NCBI GenBank assembly: GCA_013815775.1
Contig: JACDFN010000002.1
Coordinates: 64,717 to 128,716 of the forward strand
DNA: 64,000 bases
Reading direction: 5' to 3'
DNA from: Candidatus Saccharimonadota bacterium
GTDB lineage: Bacteria; Patescibacteriota; Saccharimonadia; Saccharimonadales; UBA10212
The position numbers were made by a program, and so were the translations under genes. Below, in pieces: positions 8,421-17,780 of this stretch. Position 1 is the first letter of the stretch; every line of letters starts with the position of its first letter. Below the pieces are notes generated by a model. That model did not search any database and was not told where the DNA came from. It saw nothing but the letters and a program-made list of their open reading frames with translations.

Positions 8421-9743
8421 TTAACTATCCAAAGGGCTAGTTGTGATGGCTTGCTTCTTCTGTATCTCTAATGCCTGGTTTGTTGTCAACCTAGGGATGT
8501 TAATAAAAAAAGTACTGCCTTTGTCAAGCTCGCTTTCCACCCAAATACGACCATTGTACAGTTCAATAATCTTTTTACTTATAAACAGGCCCAGTCCTGT
8601 ACCGCCAACACTTCTAGTCATGGAATTATCAACTCTGTAAAATTTTTGAAACAAGTGTGACACGTCTTCGGCTGGAATGCCCGGACCAGTGTCTTGAATT
8701 TGAATTTGGGCTACCGAAGCGTCGCCTGTAAGACGAATCGTTACGGTGCCTTCGGCAGTGTACTTAACTGCGTTGTCTATTATGTTTTGAAGGACTTCGC
8801 GCATTCGGTTAGGGTCAATGTATGTATAATAAAGCGGTCTAATTACCTTTCCCCCGCCCGTCCCGTCGCTAGAGCTCATGATAAATTTTAATTCTAAGCC
8901 TTTTTCCTTGGCGTGGAAACGGCCTGCTTCTGCCACTTGCTCTACAATCTCTCCTAACTCAACAACCGCAGGGTAGCTTGCCAGGCGTCCGTCCTCAGCC
9001 TTGGAGCTTGTTAATAAATCTCTAAACAATACGCTGAGGTGTTGAGTAGCCACCGTGGCTTTCTCTAAGTATTTACGGGCGTTAGCGTCCACCTTGCTAA
9101 TCTTTTCGTTTAGTGCCAAAGCAAGATAGCCATCTATAGCCGCTAAAGGTGTTCGCATTTCATGGCTGGCAGTACTAATAAACTCTGATCGCTGAGCCTC
9201 TTCTTGTCGCTCTGCAGTGATGTCTCTAAAAACGCCAACCACACTTTCCGCACCCTTACTTCCGCCAGATACAACGGGCGATACTATTAAAGAAATTGGT
9301 ATACGTTTACCCCCTCGTGTGGCTAACCAGCTATTGCTGTCACGGACTGGTTGGGCGGTAGCTAAGGCTTTAGCGAAGGCGTGGTCAAGGAGCGCACATG
9401 GCTCACCCTTTTCGTTCACTAAATTCAAAATATTATGAAAATCAAGCCCAACTGCTTCGCTGGGCGGCCAACCAGTGATGTCGCTAGCGGCGGGGTTTAG
9501 TAAATGAATTTTATTATCTTTGCCCACCATAACTACTCCGTCAGCAATAGCGCTCAGGATAAAGTCTGAATTCCATTTTTGATCTCTAGTTATTTCTTGA
9601 CTTCTGGCTAAGCCGCCGGTAACAGTGACTTTTTTAGTATTAACTCTGGGTTTTCGGGAGCTCCAAATAGCTAAACCAATACATGCAAATACAACCGTCA
9701 AACTAAGTGCGACTAATAAGTATGTAGAGTTGATATAGCCCAC
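8421..9743 (-). CDS. PAS-domain sensor histidine kinase
   Basis: 440 aa. N-terminal TM, PAS-like segment (ILSAIADGVVMV...), HisKA H-box FISTASHEMRTPL, HATPase_c N/G boxes (NIIDNAVKYT, DTGPGI, GGTGLGL). Confidence 0.85.
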   Translation of the reverse strand: MGYINSTYLLVALSLTVVFACIGLAIWSSRKPRVNTKKVTVTGGLARSQEITRDQKWNSDFILSAIADGVVMVGKDNKIHLLNPAASDITGWPPSEAVGLDFHNILNLVNEKGEPCALLDHAFAKALATAQPVRDSNSWLATRGGKRIPISLIVSPVVSGGSKGAESVVGVFRDITAERQEEAQRSEFISTASHEMRTPLAAIDGYLALALNEKISKVDANARKYLEKATVATQHLSVLFRDLLTSSKAEDGRLASYPAVVELGEIVEQVAEAGRFHAKEKGLELKFIMSSSDGTGGGKVIRPLYYTYIDPNRMREVLQNIIDNAVKYTAEGTVTIRLTGDASVAQIQIQDTGPGIPAEDVSHLFQKFYRVDNSMTRSVGGTGLGLFISKKIIELYNGRIWVESELDKGSTFFINIPRLTTNQALEIQKKQAITTSPLDS

Positions 9744-9820
9744 ATCATTTCTTTAATAACAAATGCCAATGCTTTTATTATCTGTTTTATTGGTTTTTTT
9801 TTCAATCTAAGCTAAAATGC

Positions 9821-11098
9821 TTACGCTCGGCTACACAAAAGCTCAAAGTAACGGGTGCTACCAAATGGTATCTTCTGCTTTACTACAGCTTCGGAGCCTA
9901 AGCTGCTGGCATGGGTTACCGTGAATTCACCGAATTGACTGTTAATGCGGTCCACAGCTTCCGTTAGCCAAACTTCTTTATTTACTTCGTCGAGCAGGCT
10001 AACCTGGTTCATACTGGATGGTTCTAAGCCGTAACAACTCACACCAATCTCTAGAGCATAAGCGTCTAACGGGCGACGATTGAATAAGAGTGTTGCGCGC
10101 CTGTATACTTCTGCATTGGAAAAAAAGTTGCTTTTAAACTTTTTACGGTCGTACCAGTAGTCCCCGTTGGCGTAGCGTATGTATAAAAATATGCCACGAG
10201 CGGACATGCATTTATAGCGTAGTTTCATCGCAGTAGTCTCACATAAATAGCTAAGCCGAGATCTTAGCACTTCTTCGCTGGGCTGGCGATCCTCTAAAAC
10301 ATATTGTCGGCCTATGCTCTTAGTGGCCCATTCCTGACTGTCTACCTCCCAACCTCGCAGGCGGTGATGCCAATCCTCTCCGCAAACACTTTTAAACACT
10401 CTTCTTTTAAGAAGTTCCGCAGATGCGTCTAAAAACTGTAGGGGGGTGTATATCCCCGCCGAGTTTAGCCGGGCTTGATTGCGTTCTGCAATACCGCTTA
10501 AGTCCGTTAGCTCCAATGTCGACAAAATCTGGCGAAGATTTTTGTGGTTTATGGTGTCCAGGCCATCAGGTTTATGTAATGAGGCAGCCAGCTTGGCTAA
10601 AAAGCGGTTAGGTGCGATACCAATGTTGCAGCTCATCCAGGTTCCCACCTCATCCTTGAGACGAGCTTTTATTTCGCTACCAATTTCGGGTAATGGCCGG
10701 CGGTTAATGTGTTCTATAGTACCGCTAAAATCCACAACTCCTTCATCGATGCTCTTCATGGTTACGTTTGGAGAATAAGAACGCATAATCTCAACCAACT
10801 TTTGATAAACCCAGTGGTATTTGGGCGGGTCAGTTTCCACCAGAATTAGGCCGGGCGCCAGACTAGTAGCTTCAGAAAAAGTCATGCCTACCTTTACGCC
10901 CAAATTCTTAGCTTCATAACTAGCGGCTACTACACAAGCGTTGGCTGTTTTGCGATTAGTGACTCCTACCGGTCGGCCTCGCAGCAAAGGTCTGGCTTGT
11001 TGTTCAACCATAGCAAAACAACTATTCAAATCTATATGCATTACCTCCGCAGAGGCGCAGTTAACTGGCAAATGCAGGCTTGATTGAGGGTGTGGCAT
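9821..11098 (-). CDS. Y-family (DinB/UmuC-like) translesion DNA polymerase
   Basis: 425 aa. Y-family N-terminus HIDLNSCFAMVEQ...RGRPVGV, palm/fingers and little-finger length. The ATG at 11041 (MHIDLNS...) is a likely alternative start and would remove the 38-nt overlap with the upstream small ORF. Confidence 0.8.
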   Translation of the reverse strand: MPHPQSSLHLPVNCASAEVMHIDLNSCFAMVEQQARPLLRGRPVGVTNRKTANACVVAASYEAKNLGVKVGMTFSEATSLAPGLILVETDPPKYHWVYQKLVEIMRSYSPNVTMKSIDEGVVDFSGTIEHINRRPLPEIGSEIKARLKDEVGTWMSCNIGIAPNRFLAKLAASLHKPDGLDTINHKNLRQILSTLELTDLSGIAERNQARLNSAGIYTPLQFLDASAELLKRRVFKSVCGEDWHHRLRGWEVDSQEWATKSIGRQYVLEDRQPSEEVLRSRLSYLCETTAMKLRYKCMSARGIFLYIRYANGDYWYDRKKFKSNFFSNAEVYRRATLLFNRRPLDAYALEIGVSCYGLEPSSMNQVSLLDEVNKEVWLTEAVDRINSQFGEFTVTHASSLGSEAVVKQKIPFGSTRYFELLCSRA

Positions 11099-11366
11099 AA
11101 TGCATATCCGCTATTGAAACTAAGGTCCAGGATAGACTTTCGGCGTCAAACTCCAACCGGTAATCTGCCTGTCCGTCGGTCATATCAAAGACGTGGATCA
11201 TACGGTTGCCCTTCTTAGTGGGGTGACGTAGGCCGGTTTTGGTGAATGTAACACTTTTGCCCTCGTACTCCATCTTTTTGGGGAAACACTTTAGCAGGCT
11301 ACCGCGGTTATGAAAATAGTAAGCTACTATGCTGACATCTTTATTGAGAGTGACTATATCTTCCAT
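11061..11366 (-). CDS. hypothetical 101-aa protein immediately upstream of the Y-family polymerase
   Basis: The ORF has a good SD (AAAGGAGCTTGAA-ATG on the minus strand). It is tightly coupled to, or overlaps, the polymerase gene. No motif recognised. Confidence 0.5.
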   Translation of the reverse strand: MEDIVTLNKDVSIVAYYFHNRGSLLKCFPKKMEYEGKSVTFTKTGLRHPTKKGNRMIHVFDMTDGQADYRLEFDAESLSWTLVSIADMHYATPSIKPAFAS

Positions 11367-11813
11367 TTCAAGCTCCTTTACTTCAAGCTTTAAAGTTATA
11401 AAAAGACTGCCGGTGAAGGTTTAATCCTTGACGGCGAACGGCATTGAAGTTTAGTGGCTGCCTGGAAAAGAAAACTTAACCGTTCATCGAGGTTTCCGTT
11501 TACCGGGGAAGCTGATTTGAAATGGAGGTTAACAGGGACGCCTGGCCAGTGGCCGGTGTGTATATTTACCCAAAAGTTTAAATGAGTCTACGCGGAGGAA
11601 GTCGTCGTGGCGACAGCCCACGTAAGGCTAAGCGAATTATATGTAAGAAACATTAGTTTTTCAATCTTGATAAATCTGCAGCTTGATAGTTTGGCAATAA
11701 CGGAAAACTGCTATCAGTAAAGATGCATACAATATGGTAGTGAATAACTTCCTAGAAGTGGTTTAGGCAAAGGAGTAGCATGAAAGTTGCCAATTTAAAT
11801 AAAGGAGGAGTCT

Positions 11814-11942
11814 ATGGCAGATAAAAAACGCGGTTTAGCCGCAGCAAATAAGAGTACCAGAAAAAGAGTAGCAAAAGCTGGGGGCGAAGCGAGCCACGGC
11901 GGCGGTCGGCCTAGCAGGCAACACTCGCTAGGTACCAAGTAA
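11814..11942 (+). CDS. 42-aa KGG-repeat-type small stress protein (candidate)
   Basis: Below the track size cut-off. Strong SD AAAGGAGGAG 3 nt before the ATG. Translation MADKKRGLAAANKSTRKRVAKAGGEASHGGGRPSRQHSLGTK resembles the KGG 'stress-induced acidophilic repeat' pattern (..A.KAGG..SHGGG). Followed directly by a terminator. Confidence 0.55.
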   Translation: MADKKRGLAAANKSTRKRVAKAGGEASHGGGRPSRQHSLGTK

Positions 11943-11949
11943 GTTTAAA

Positions 11950-11980
11950 AGAGGGCTCATTTACGTGCCCTCTTTTTATT
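11950..11980 (+). terminator. rho-independent terminator
   Basis: AGAGGGC (11950-11956), 10-nt loop, GCCCTCT (11967-11973), then TTTTATT. Confidence 0.65.
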
Positions 11981-11994
11981 TAATCTAAGATGCC

Positions 11995-12071
11995 TGGTGA
12001 CCCCTGCGGGATTCGAACCCGCGATCTTCTGGATGAGAACCAGATATCCTGAACCGCTAGACGAAGGGGCC
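11995..12071 (-). tRNA. tRNA-Glu (anticodon CUC), CCA encoded
   Basis: The reverse complement is GGCCCCTTCGTCTAGCGGTTCAGGATATCTGGTTCTCATCCAGAAGATCGCGGGTTCGAATCCCGCAGGGGTCACCA. It folds as a cloverleaf: anticodon stem TCTGG/CCAGA, loop TT-CTC-AT, T-arm GCGGG-TTCGAAT-CCCGC. Confidence 0.9.
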
Positions 12072-12111
12072 GCAGTTGGCAATTGTACCAAACGGGGGTA
12101 GCTTCAGTCTA

Positions 12112-13407
12112 CTAAGGCTTATAGCTAACTTTACTGGCTGCCGCCAGTGGAGTTATCCAAGTCTGGCCGGCATTTAGAGCCAGTGGTTTTCCTGCTAAAT
12201 CGGTAAATGTAAACTGGCTGGCCCGGTCCGCCTTGTTCCACTTCCCCTCGGTAGCTGTACCATCTTGGAAGACATACATTACTCCGCTGCCGTTGGTGCC
12301 ATAAACGCTATATTTACCAGCAGTACTATATGGCATTATCAGTACCAGCACTACTTTTGGTCGAAGCTGTTGTCCGGCGGGGTCTGCTTCTGCGTTTGTA
12401 GCAATATGCGGTCGTCCCCCTTCGCTGCGTAAATAGCTGTTAGTCGCCGCATCGTAATCGTAATGTGAATTGTAATTAACGCTAGATATAGCTATGTCGA
12501 TAGATTTGGCGGTTGGTACTGTTACCGCTTTATCTTCTTTACGCGGCCAGCTCACGAACTTACTACTTATGTAACCTTTCTTTTGATTAAGCGCGTCAAG
12601 CCTTTCAAAGCTGGTGTACATATTATGGGGAGCTCTGCGGCTTCCTACTCTCCAATAGCTACCTGCGTTGAAGAACTGATCTAAATCTTTTCCACCACTA
12701 CGTATCTGAGCCAATGCCTCAGGGCTTCCGCCAACATGGGCTATCCCTGCATCAAAGGGAGCCGCAAAATCGATGTAATAAGGTCTTAGACTACGTACGG
12801 GGCCGATATAGCCGGGGGTTGTGTCCTGAAAAAGCGCCATAAATCGAGTAATCCCTCCTTCTGCTATAGCCTCGAATACAACACCAGCGTCCTGGAGCCC
12901 CGATTGAGGGCGGGCATCAAGACTATTCTCTATCATTATTCCGGTTACCGGCCTAGTAGCCAATTCTGGAGTAACCTGCACACCAGATAGCGGCGAAGCA
13001 ACAGTCTTTGGTTTGGGCGGTGGTTCGGCTTGGACCTTAAGTGCAACCTTCTCAATGTCTGGAGCTGACGATTTTTGAATAAAAGTAACGTAACCAATTC
13101 CTACCCCGCCCACCAGAAGAATAATCGAAGAAATAGAGGTCACTAACTTTCGCCTTTTACTCCAGTTTTGCCAAAACCCAAGCTTTCGCCCAACCTTGCC
13201 AGTATTTTGGCCGATAGGAAGGATTGGGTGGATGGTGGCACTTGCTTCCAGAGAGGGCAAGTCATCACTACCAGCTATTTCTTTATAACCAAGCAGTCTT
13301 CTTCGGGCGTCGTTTATAGAATGCCCAAGCAGTCTCTCGCTGCGCATTGTTTGTCTGTTAAGCTTTTTGTTTGGCCCCATTGTAGGCGGCGCGATATCGC
13401 TTTGCAT
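12112..13407 (-). CDS. DUF3048 (YerB-like) domain protein, membrane anchored
   Basis: 431 aa. One TM (LVTSISSIILLVGGVGIGYV), then PVTGIMIENSLDARPQSGLQDAGVVFEAIAEGGITRFMALF and RSLRPYYIDFA, which are typical of the DUF3048 family. Confidence 0.75.
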   Translation of the reverse strand: MQSDIAPPTMGPNKKLNRQTMRSERLLGHSINDARRRLLGYKEIAGSDDLPSLEASATIHPILPIGQNTGKVGRKLGFWQNWSKRRKLVTSISSIILLVGGVGIGYVTFIQKSSAPDIEKVALKVQAEPPPKPKTVASPLSGVQVTPELATRPVTGIMIENSLDARPQSGLQDAGVVFEAIAEGGITRFMALFQDTTPGYIGPVRSLRPYYIDFAAPFDAGIAHVGGSPEALAQIRSGGKDLDQFFNAGSYWRVGSRRAPHNMYTSFERLDALNQKKGYISSKFVSWPRKEDKAVTVPTAKSIDIAISSVNYNSHYDYDAATNSYLRSEGGRPHIATNAEADPAGQQLRPKVVLVLIMPYSTAGKYSVYGTNGSGVMYVFQDGTATEGKWNKADRASQFTFTDLAGKPLALNAGQTWITPLAAASKVSYKP

Positions 13408-13434
13408 CGGCTTATATTGTAACAGCCCTTATGC

Positions 13435-14889
13435 TTACTTTTCCAGTAGAGCTATGGCAGACTTTAAACGGTCTAATACTTCAGCTTTACCCAAAACGCT
13501 GAGTGTACCAAAAAGTTCGGGTGAAATTTGACTTCCGCTTACGGCTATTCGCAGTACAGGAAACAAGATAGCTGGTTTCGATTCAAGTTTCTCGAGAAGA
13601 TTGTTAAGTCGGTGGGCGAGGTCTTCCTCGTCAAAACTACTTTGGTCCAGTTCCCTTAGCCCTGCCCGTAAAAGTTTTACATAATCCTGATTTTGATACT
13701 TTAGTTTTACAAGTTGCTTGTCTTGAGGGTGAGTGTATAGGTCAAGTATCTTCTGCGCTTCTGGTTCTTTGAAGAAAAAAACTGTAAGTTCGGGCAGCTC
13801 TGCAAAGCATTTCAGTCTTTGCCGGACTAAGCCCAAAACACTACTCCGGTATTGGCCGTTGACACCTTGAGCCCCCGGAGGCCAAAAATCCTGGGCTTGC
13901 TTTTCTAATTCTTCGATGGGCAATTGCCGAATAAAATAACCATCGACCCATTTAAGACGTGTCTCATCAAACTGAGCGCCGCTTTTTTGGACTTTTGAGA
14001 GTTTGAACTTTTCAACCAACTCGTAAACTGAAAAAATTTCTTGGTCTGTGCCATCGTTCCATCCTAGGGTAGCCAAAAAACTAACAAGGGCCTCCGGTAA
14101 GAACCCCTGATTTTTATAACTTAGAACGTCCTTGGCTCCGTCGCGCTTGGATAATTTTTTTCTACCCTCAGCACCCAGTACATACGGTAGAGTCGCCAAC
14201 TTAGGTTGATTTATTTCAAGTGCTTCGTAAAGGTTTAAGAACTTAGGAACTGAAGCCAAGAATTCTTGGGAACGTATGACATGGCTGACCTCCATTAGAT
14301 AATCGTCTATAACATGAGCGAAGTTGTAGGTGGGGTAACCGTCGGATTTGATAATAATAAAATCATCTACTGATTCTGGCCCAGCAGATAAGTCGCCCAT
14401 AACCTCATCTTGCCACTGGTAAGATTTGGGGTTGGATTTAAATCGAAGCGGAAGTTTTCCATCCCATGCGGGTGGATTATTTGGCCTATGATTGCGAAAA
14501 AGAAAGGGCTTTTTCTGCTGGACTGCCTGAGTTCGCAAACTATTAAGCTCTTCCACAGTAAAGTGGTCGGCATACGCCCTGCCCGCAGCCACCAGAGTTT
14601 CTGCCCATTCTTTATAAATATGCAGTCGTTCGCTCTGTCTGTAGGGGCCAAAAGATCCGGACTTGTCAGGCCCTTCGTCCCATTGCAGTCCAAGCCATCG
14701 CAAAGAGTCTTGAATATGTTTTTCAGACCCCGCTATCTCCCTAGCCTTGTCGGTGTCCTCGATTCGAAGTATAAATTGCCCTTTACCTTGGCGGGCTACC
14801 AACCAAGCGAAAAGAGCGGTTCGTACCCCGCCCACGTGTAAAAAGCCTGTGGGGCTGGGGGCAAACCGTGTCCTCGCTTTCTGTGACAT
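13435..14889 (-). CDS. gltX: glutamyl-tRNA synthetase
   Basis: 484 aa. Class I signature PSPTGFLHVGGVRTALF, KMSKS-type KLSKRDG, GluRS anticodon-binding C-terminus. Confidence 0.95.
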   Translation of the reverse strand: MSQKARTRFAPSPTGFLHVGGVRTALFAWLVARQGKGQFILRIEDTDKAREIAGSEKHIQDSLRWLGLQWDEGPDKSGSFGPYRQSERLHIYKEWAETLVAAGRAYADHFTVEELNSLRTQAVQQKKPFLFRNHRPNNPPAWDGKLPLRFKSNPKSYQWQDEVMGDLSAGPESVDDFIIIKSDGYPTYNFAHVIDDYLMEVSHVIRSQEFLASVPKFLNLYEALEINQPKLATLPYVLGAEGRKKLSKRDGAKDVLSYKNQGFLPEALVSFLATLGWNDGTDQEIFSVYELVEKFKLSKVQKSGAQFDETRLKWVDGYFIRQLPIEELEKQAQDFWPPGAQGVNGQYRSSVLGLVRQRLKCFAELPELTVFFFKEPEAQKILDLYTHPQDKQLVKLKYQNQDYVKLLRAGLRELDQSSFDEEDLAHRLNNLLEKLESKPAILFPVLRIAVSGSQISPELFGTLSVLGKAEVLDRLKSAIALLEK

Positions 14890-15007
14890 AGCCCTAGTAT
14901 ATAGCGCCTAACGACATCTATAAAGTTTCGGGAAGAGCAGCCCTATTTGGGAAATTCATTCTGCTGCCTGTCTATCAGAAAACCTAAAAGGGGGTGCTTA
15001 ACGATTC

Positions 15008-16138
15008 TTACATGCTACCTGCAATTTTGATAATCTGGTCCGAGGTTAAGTTCGCCTTGTCTTTAATACTATACATAACACCCTGGTTGACCCACTTTGC
15101 GTCATTGCTTGAGCCGTAAATATAAACAGTAGTGCCATTCTGTGATAATTGAACCTTGGAGTTAACTAAGCTTTCATTTTCCGGTAGCGACTGGCTGTTC
15201 CAAGCAGTTTTGCTTTGAGTTATTGTGAAGTTACGTAGGTGATCGCTGTTAGCTTTGAATTTTATGCTCACTTCGCCATTGGAGTAGCCAATTGGGCCGC
15301 TAAAACTGAAACCCGGAGGCGTATAACTAGGTACACTAGCAGGAATACTAGCCCTGCTTGCAGCTAGCTTCATGGAAACCTGAGGAACATTTTGCCAAGT
15401 AAAGAACCCTCCTAGAAGGAAAACTATCAACAGGCAAGCTCCTAAGCTTACCCATCTAGGGGTTGCAGTGGCCCGCCAGCGGGAAGTACTTTTAGATTCG
15501 TGAGACCTAGAAATTTTTTTGTGTGAATCTGCCGTTAGCAAAGCTTGGTCCAATAAACGCTCCAGTTGATTAGAAGATAAGTGCTTTGTAATATCCGTTT
15601 TGGGCTGTTGCTTAACCAGATTAGGTAATTTTTGTTTATGCACGGATCCCGTGCCCCCAACATCATGTTTAGAGTTTTGGCTTATCTGAAGTTTGGGAGA
15701 TAAACTAGTACCGAAGCGCTGAATGTTAGTATTTTTCACTACTCTTTGAGCCCTTTCTTCGCGGCTAGTATCTACTACAGACTTACGGGTAATAGGGGGC
15801 GTTGGTCTCGATGTAGAAGCTGTGGACTTATTCTTGGGCTTCGAAACTGCACCACGCATTAAAGCTTGCGATCTTTGTAAATTTTTATGTACAGACTGAG
15901 CTTTGTGTCCAGACCTCTTAGCGTAAACCTTTTCAAATTGCTTCTCAGACAAAACCTTTACCCGACGGTTTTCAATTGGAGTTGAGGAAATTATCTGTTG
16001 ACGCGTGAAACCATCCATTATTCTTGGCGGTGATTTCTCGAGAGAATTAGTTGATTTTTTTATTAAATCTGTCGTTCGTCCCATACCAACGTTGTATCGA
16101 TAGCCATTTATCTCGATAACACTGTTTGTTTTAGCCAC
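15008..16138 (-). CDS. hypothetical membrane-anchored protein (basic N-terminal region, one TM, extracytoplasmic C-terminal domain)
   Basis: 376 aa. Lys/Arg/Ser-rich first 220 aa, TM WVSLGACLLIVFLLGGFF, beta-rich C-terminal ~130 aa. No family recognised. Confidence 0.6.
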   Translation of the reverse strand: MAKTNSVIEINGYRYNVGMGRTTDLIKKSTNSLEKSPPRIMDGFTRQQIISSTPIENRRVKVLSEKQFEKVYAKRSGHKAQSVHKNLQRSQALMRGAVSKPKNKSTASTSRPTPPITRKSVVDTSREERAQRVVKNTNIQRFGTSLSPKLQISQNSKHDVGGTGSVHKQKLPNLVKQQPKTDITKHLSSNQLERLLDQALLTADSHKKISRSHESKSTSRWRATATPRWVSLGACLLIVFLLGGFFTWQNVPQVSMKLAASRASIPASVPSYTPPGFSFSGPIGYSNGEVSIKFKANSDHLRNFTITQSKTAWNSQSLPENESLVNSKVQLSQNGTTVYIYGSSNDAKWVNQGVMYSIKDKANLTSDQIIKIAGSM

Positions 16139-16280
16139 TAGTCGCTACCTTCATGTTTATGGGTTAAATATTACACCCATAACCATAAGCATGGCAAGGT
16201 GGCAATTACTTAGCTACCAATCAATTAAATGGATAACGTTGAAGCAGAAAATTCTTACTTGGTTTAAAATAAACATTAGT

Positions 16281-17774
16281 ATGGATTTTCTCGACCCGCG
16301 CAAACGACGATCGCACCGGCTTCGTCTAATAGTGGGTTACGGTTTGATCACAATCGCAATAGGTCTAGCTACGGTCATTCTTGTTTACGGTGCGTATGGT
16401 TATAGTATCGACAGAAAAACTGGAGGAATTGTCCAAAACGGCCTGCTTTTTGTAGATTCTAAGCCTGGTAACACCAACATTTACCTAAATGGGAAATCTA
16501 TAAACAGCGCAACTGCTGCTCGGCTCATCTTACCGGCAGCGGATTATGAACTAATCTTAAAGAAAACTGGATATCGCGACTGGAAACGCAGTTTCACACT
16601 CTATGAGCATTCTATTGCCCGTTTTGTTTATCCATACCTCTTTCCGGTTAAGCTAGTTACTGCGTCTCTTAAATCTTACGCTTCTCTCCCGGTGCTAGTG
16701 ACTCAAAGCCCTGATCGACGTTGGCTATTACTCCAAAACCCTGCAGCCACCTCAAGAGTAGTAAGTTTCGATGAATTTGACACATCTGATCCCCGAAAGC
16801 CGGCTCGGCCACTTTTGCTACCTTCCAACCTATTGACTGGTGGTTCTGAGGGTACTCTAACCGAAGTGGAGTGGTCGGCCGACAACAATCATTTACTGAT
16901 CAAGCATGATTACCAGGGAGCGAGTGAGTTTATATTAATTGACCGCCGGGAGCCCAGCCGGTCTATGAATTTAAATCGAGTATTTGCCTTTAATCCTACC
17001 CAGATTCAGCTATACGATAAGAAAGTTGATAAATTGTATTTTTACGATCGCTCCACTTCCACCCTTAGACTAGCAAATGTCCGGGAGGCAGCTCTTGAAC
17101 CCGTACTACTTAATCGTGTCCTAGCATTTAAACCGTACGGGACAGACCTTATTAGCTACATTACCGATAATCAAATGCCACCGGGCCAGGTATCAGCTCG
17201 TATATGGGATAAACAGCAAAGTCATCAGTTAACTTCATTCCCTGTTGGTGATACATATCTAATTGATGCCGTCCAGTTCCAGAGCAATTGGTACTATGTC
17301 GCTGGGAGTAACACTTCAGATCGACTAAGCATTTTTAAAAATCCTCTAAATGATTTAAAAAACATTACAGTCGGCCGAGCTAGGCCAATGACGACATTCC
17401 TTATTACGGGCGCTAAAATGGTCAAATTTTCCACAAACACAAGATTTCTGGCTTTCCAAGGTGCACAAAAATTAGTAGTTTACGATTTTGAAGAGAGTAA
17501 ACGTTACCAATATAATTCTCCTTCTGCTAGCGAATCACCGTTAAGATGGATGGATGGGCACCGGCTAATAGGCGTTTCAGAGGGACAGGTATTGGTGTGG
17601 GATTATGATGCAACCAACCGTCAGTCTTTAGTGCCAACACTTCTGCCTACCGGTGGATATTACAGCAGTGATTTTAATCGTCTTTATACGGTTGCAACAG
17701 TTACAGGATCGGAAAGTAAAACTCTGCAAACTACCGAAATGCGTGCAGGAGTTGATCTACCGGCCAACCCCTAA
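16281..17774 (+). CDS. PEGA-domain membrane protein with beta-propeller-like C-terminal region
   Basis: The track ORF starts at 16191, but MDFLDPRKRR... (ATG 16281) is preceded by TAAAAT (16265-16270). TM, then PEGA-like GNTNIYLNGKSIN...YELILKKTGYRDWKRSF. Confidence 0.7.
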   Translation: MDFLDPRKRRSHRLRLIVGYGLITIAIGLATVILVYGAYGYSIDRKTGGIVQNGLLFVDSKPGNTNIYLNGKSINSATAARLILPAADYELILKKTGYRDWKRSFTLYEHSIARFVYPYLFPVKLVTASLKSYASLPVLVTQSPDRRWLLLQNPAATSRVVSFDEFDTSDPRKPARPLLLPSNLLTGGSEGTLTEVEWSADNNHLLIKHDYQGASEFILIDRREPSRSMNLNRVFAFNPTQIQLYDKKVDKLYFYDRSTSTLRLANVREAALEPVLLNRVLAFKPYGTDLISYITDNQMPPGQVSARIWDKQQSHQLTSFPVGDTYLIDAVQFQSNWYYVAGSNTSDRLSIFKNPLNDLKNITVGRARPMTTFLITGAKMVKFSTNTRFLAFQGAQKLVVYDFEESKRYQYNSPSASESPLRWMDGHRLIGVSEGQVLVWDYDATNRQSLVPTLLPTGGYYSSDFNRLYTVATVTGSESKTLQTTEMRAGVDLPANP

Positions 17775-17780
17775 ATTTAC

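Noticed and set aside
11437-11640. c-di-AMP (ydaO-type) riboswitch or RNase P fragment upstream of the KGG gene
   Set aside because: Only short string resemblances were found (ACCC...ACAGC..CGTAAG..GCG; GAGGAAGTC). The paired halves and conserved cores of those families could not be laid out.
14367-14841. ORFs 14367..14693 (-) and 14410..14841 (+) inside gltX
   Set aside because: They are alternative-frame or antisense ORFs fully embedded in a confidently identified GluRS gene.
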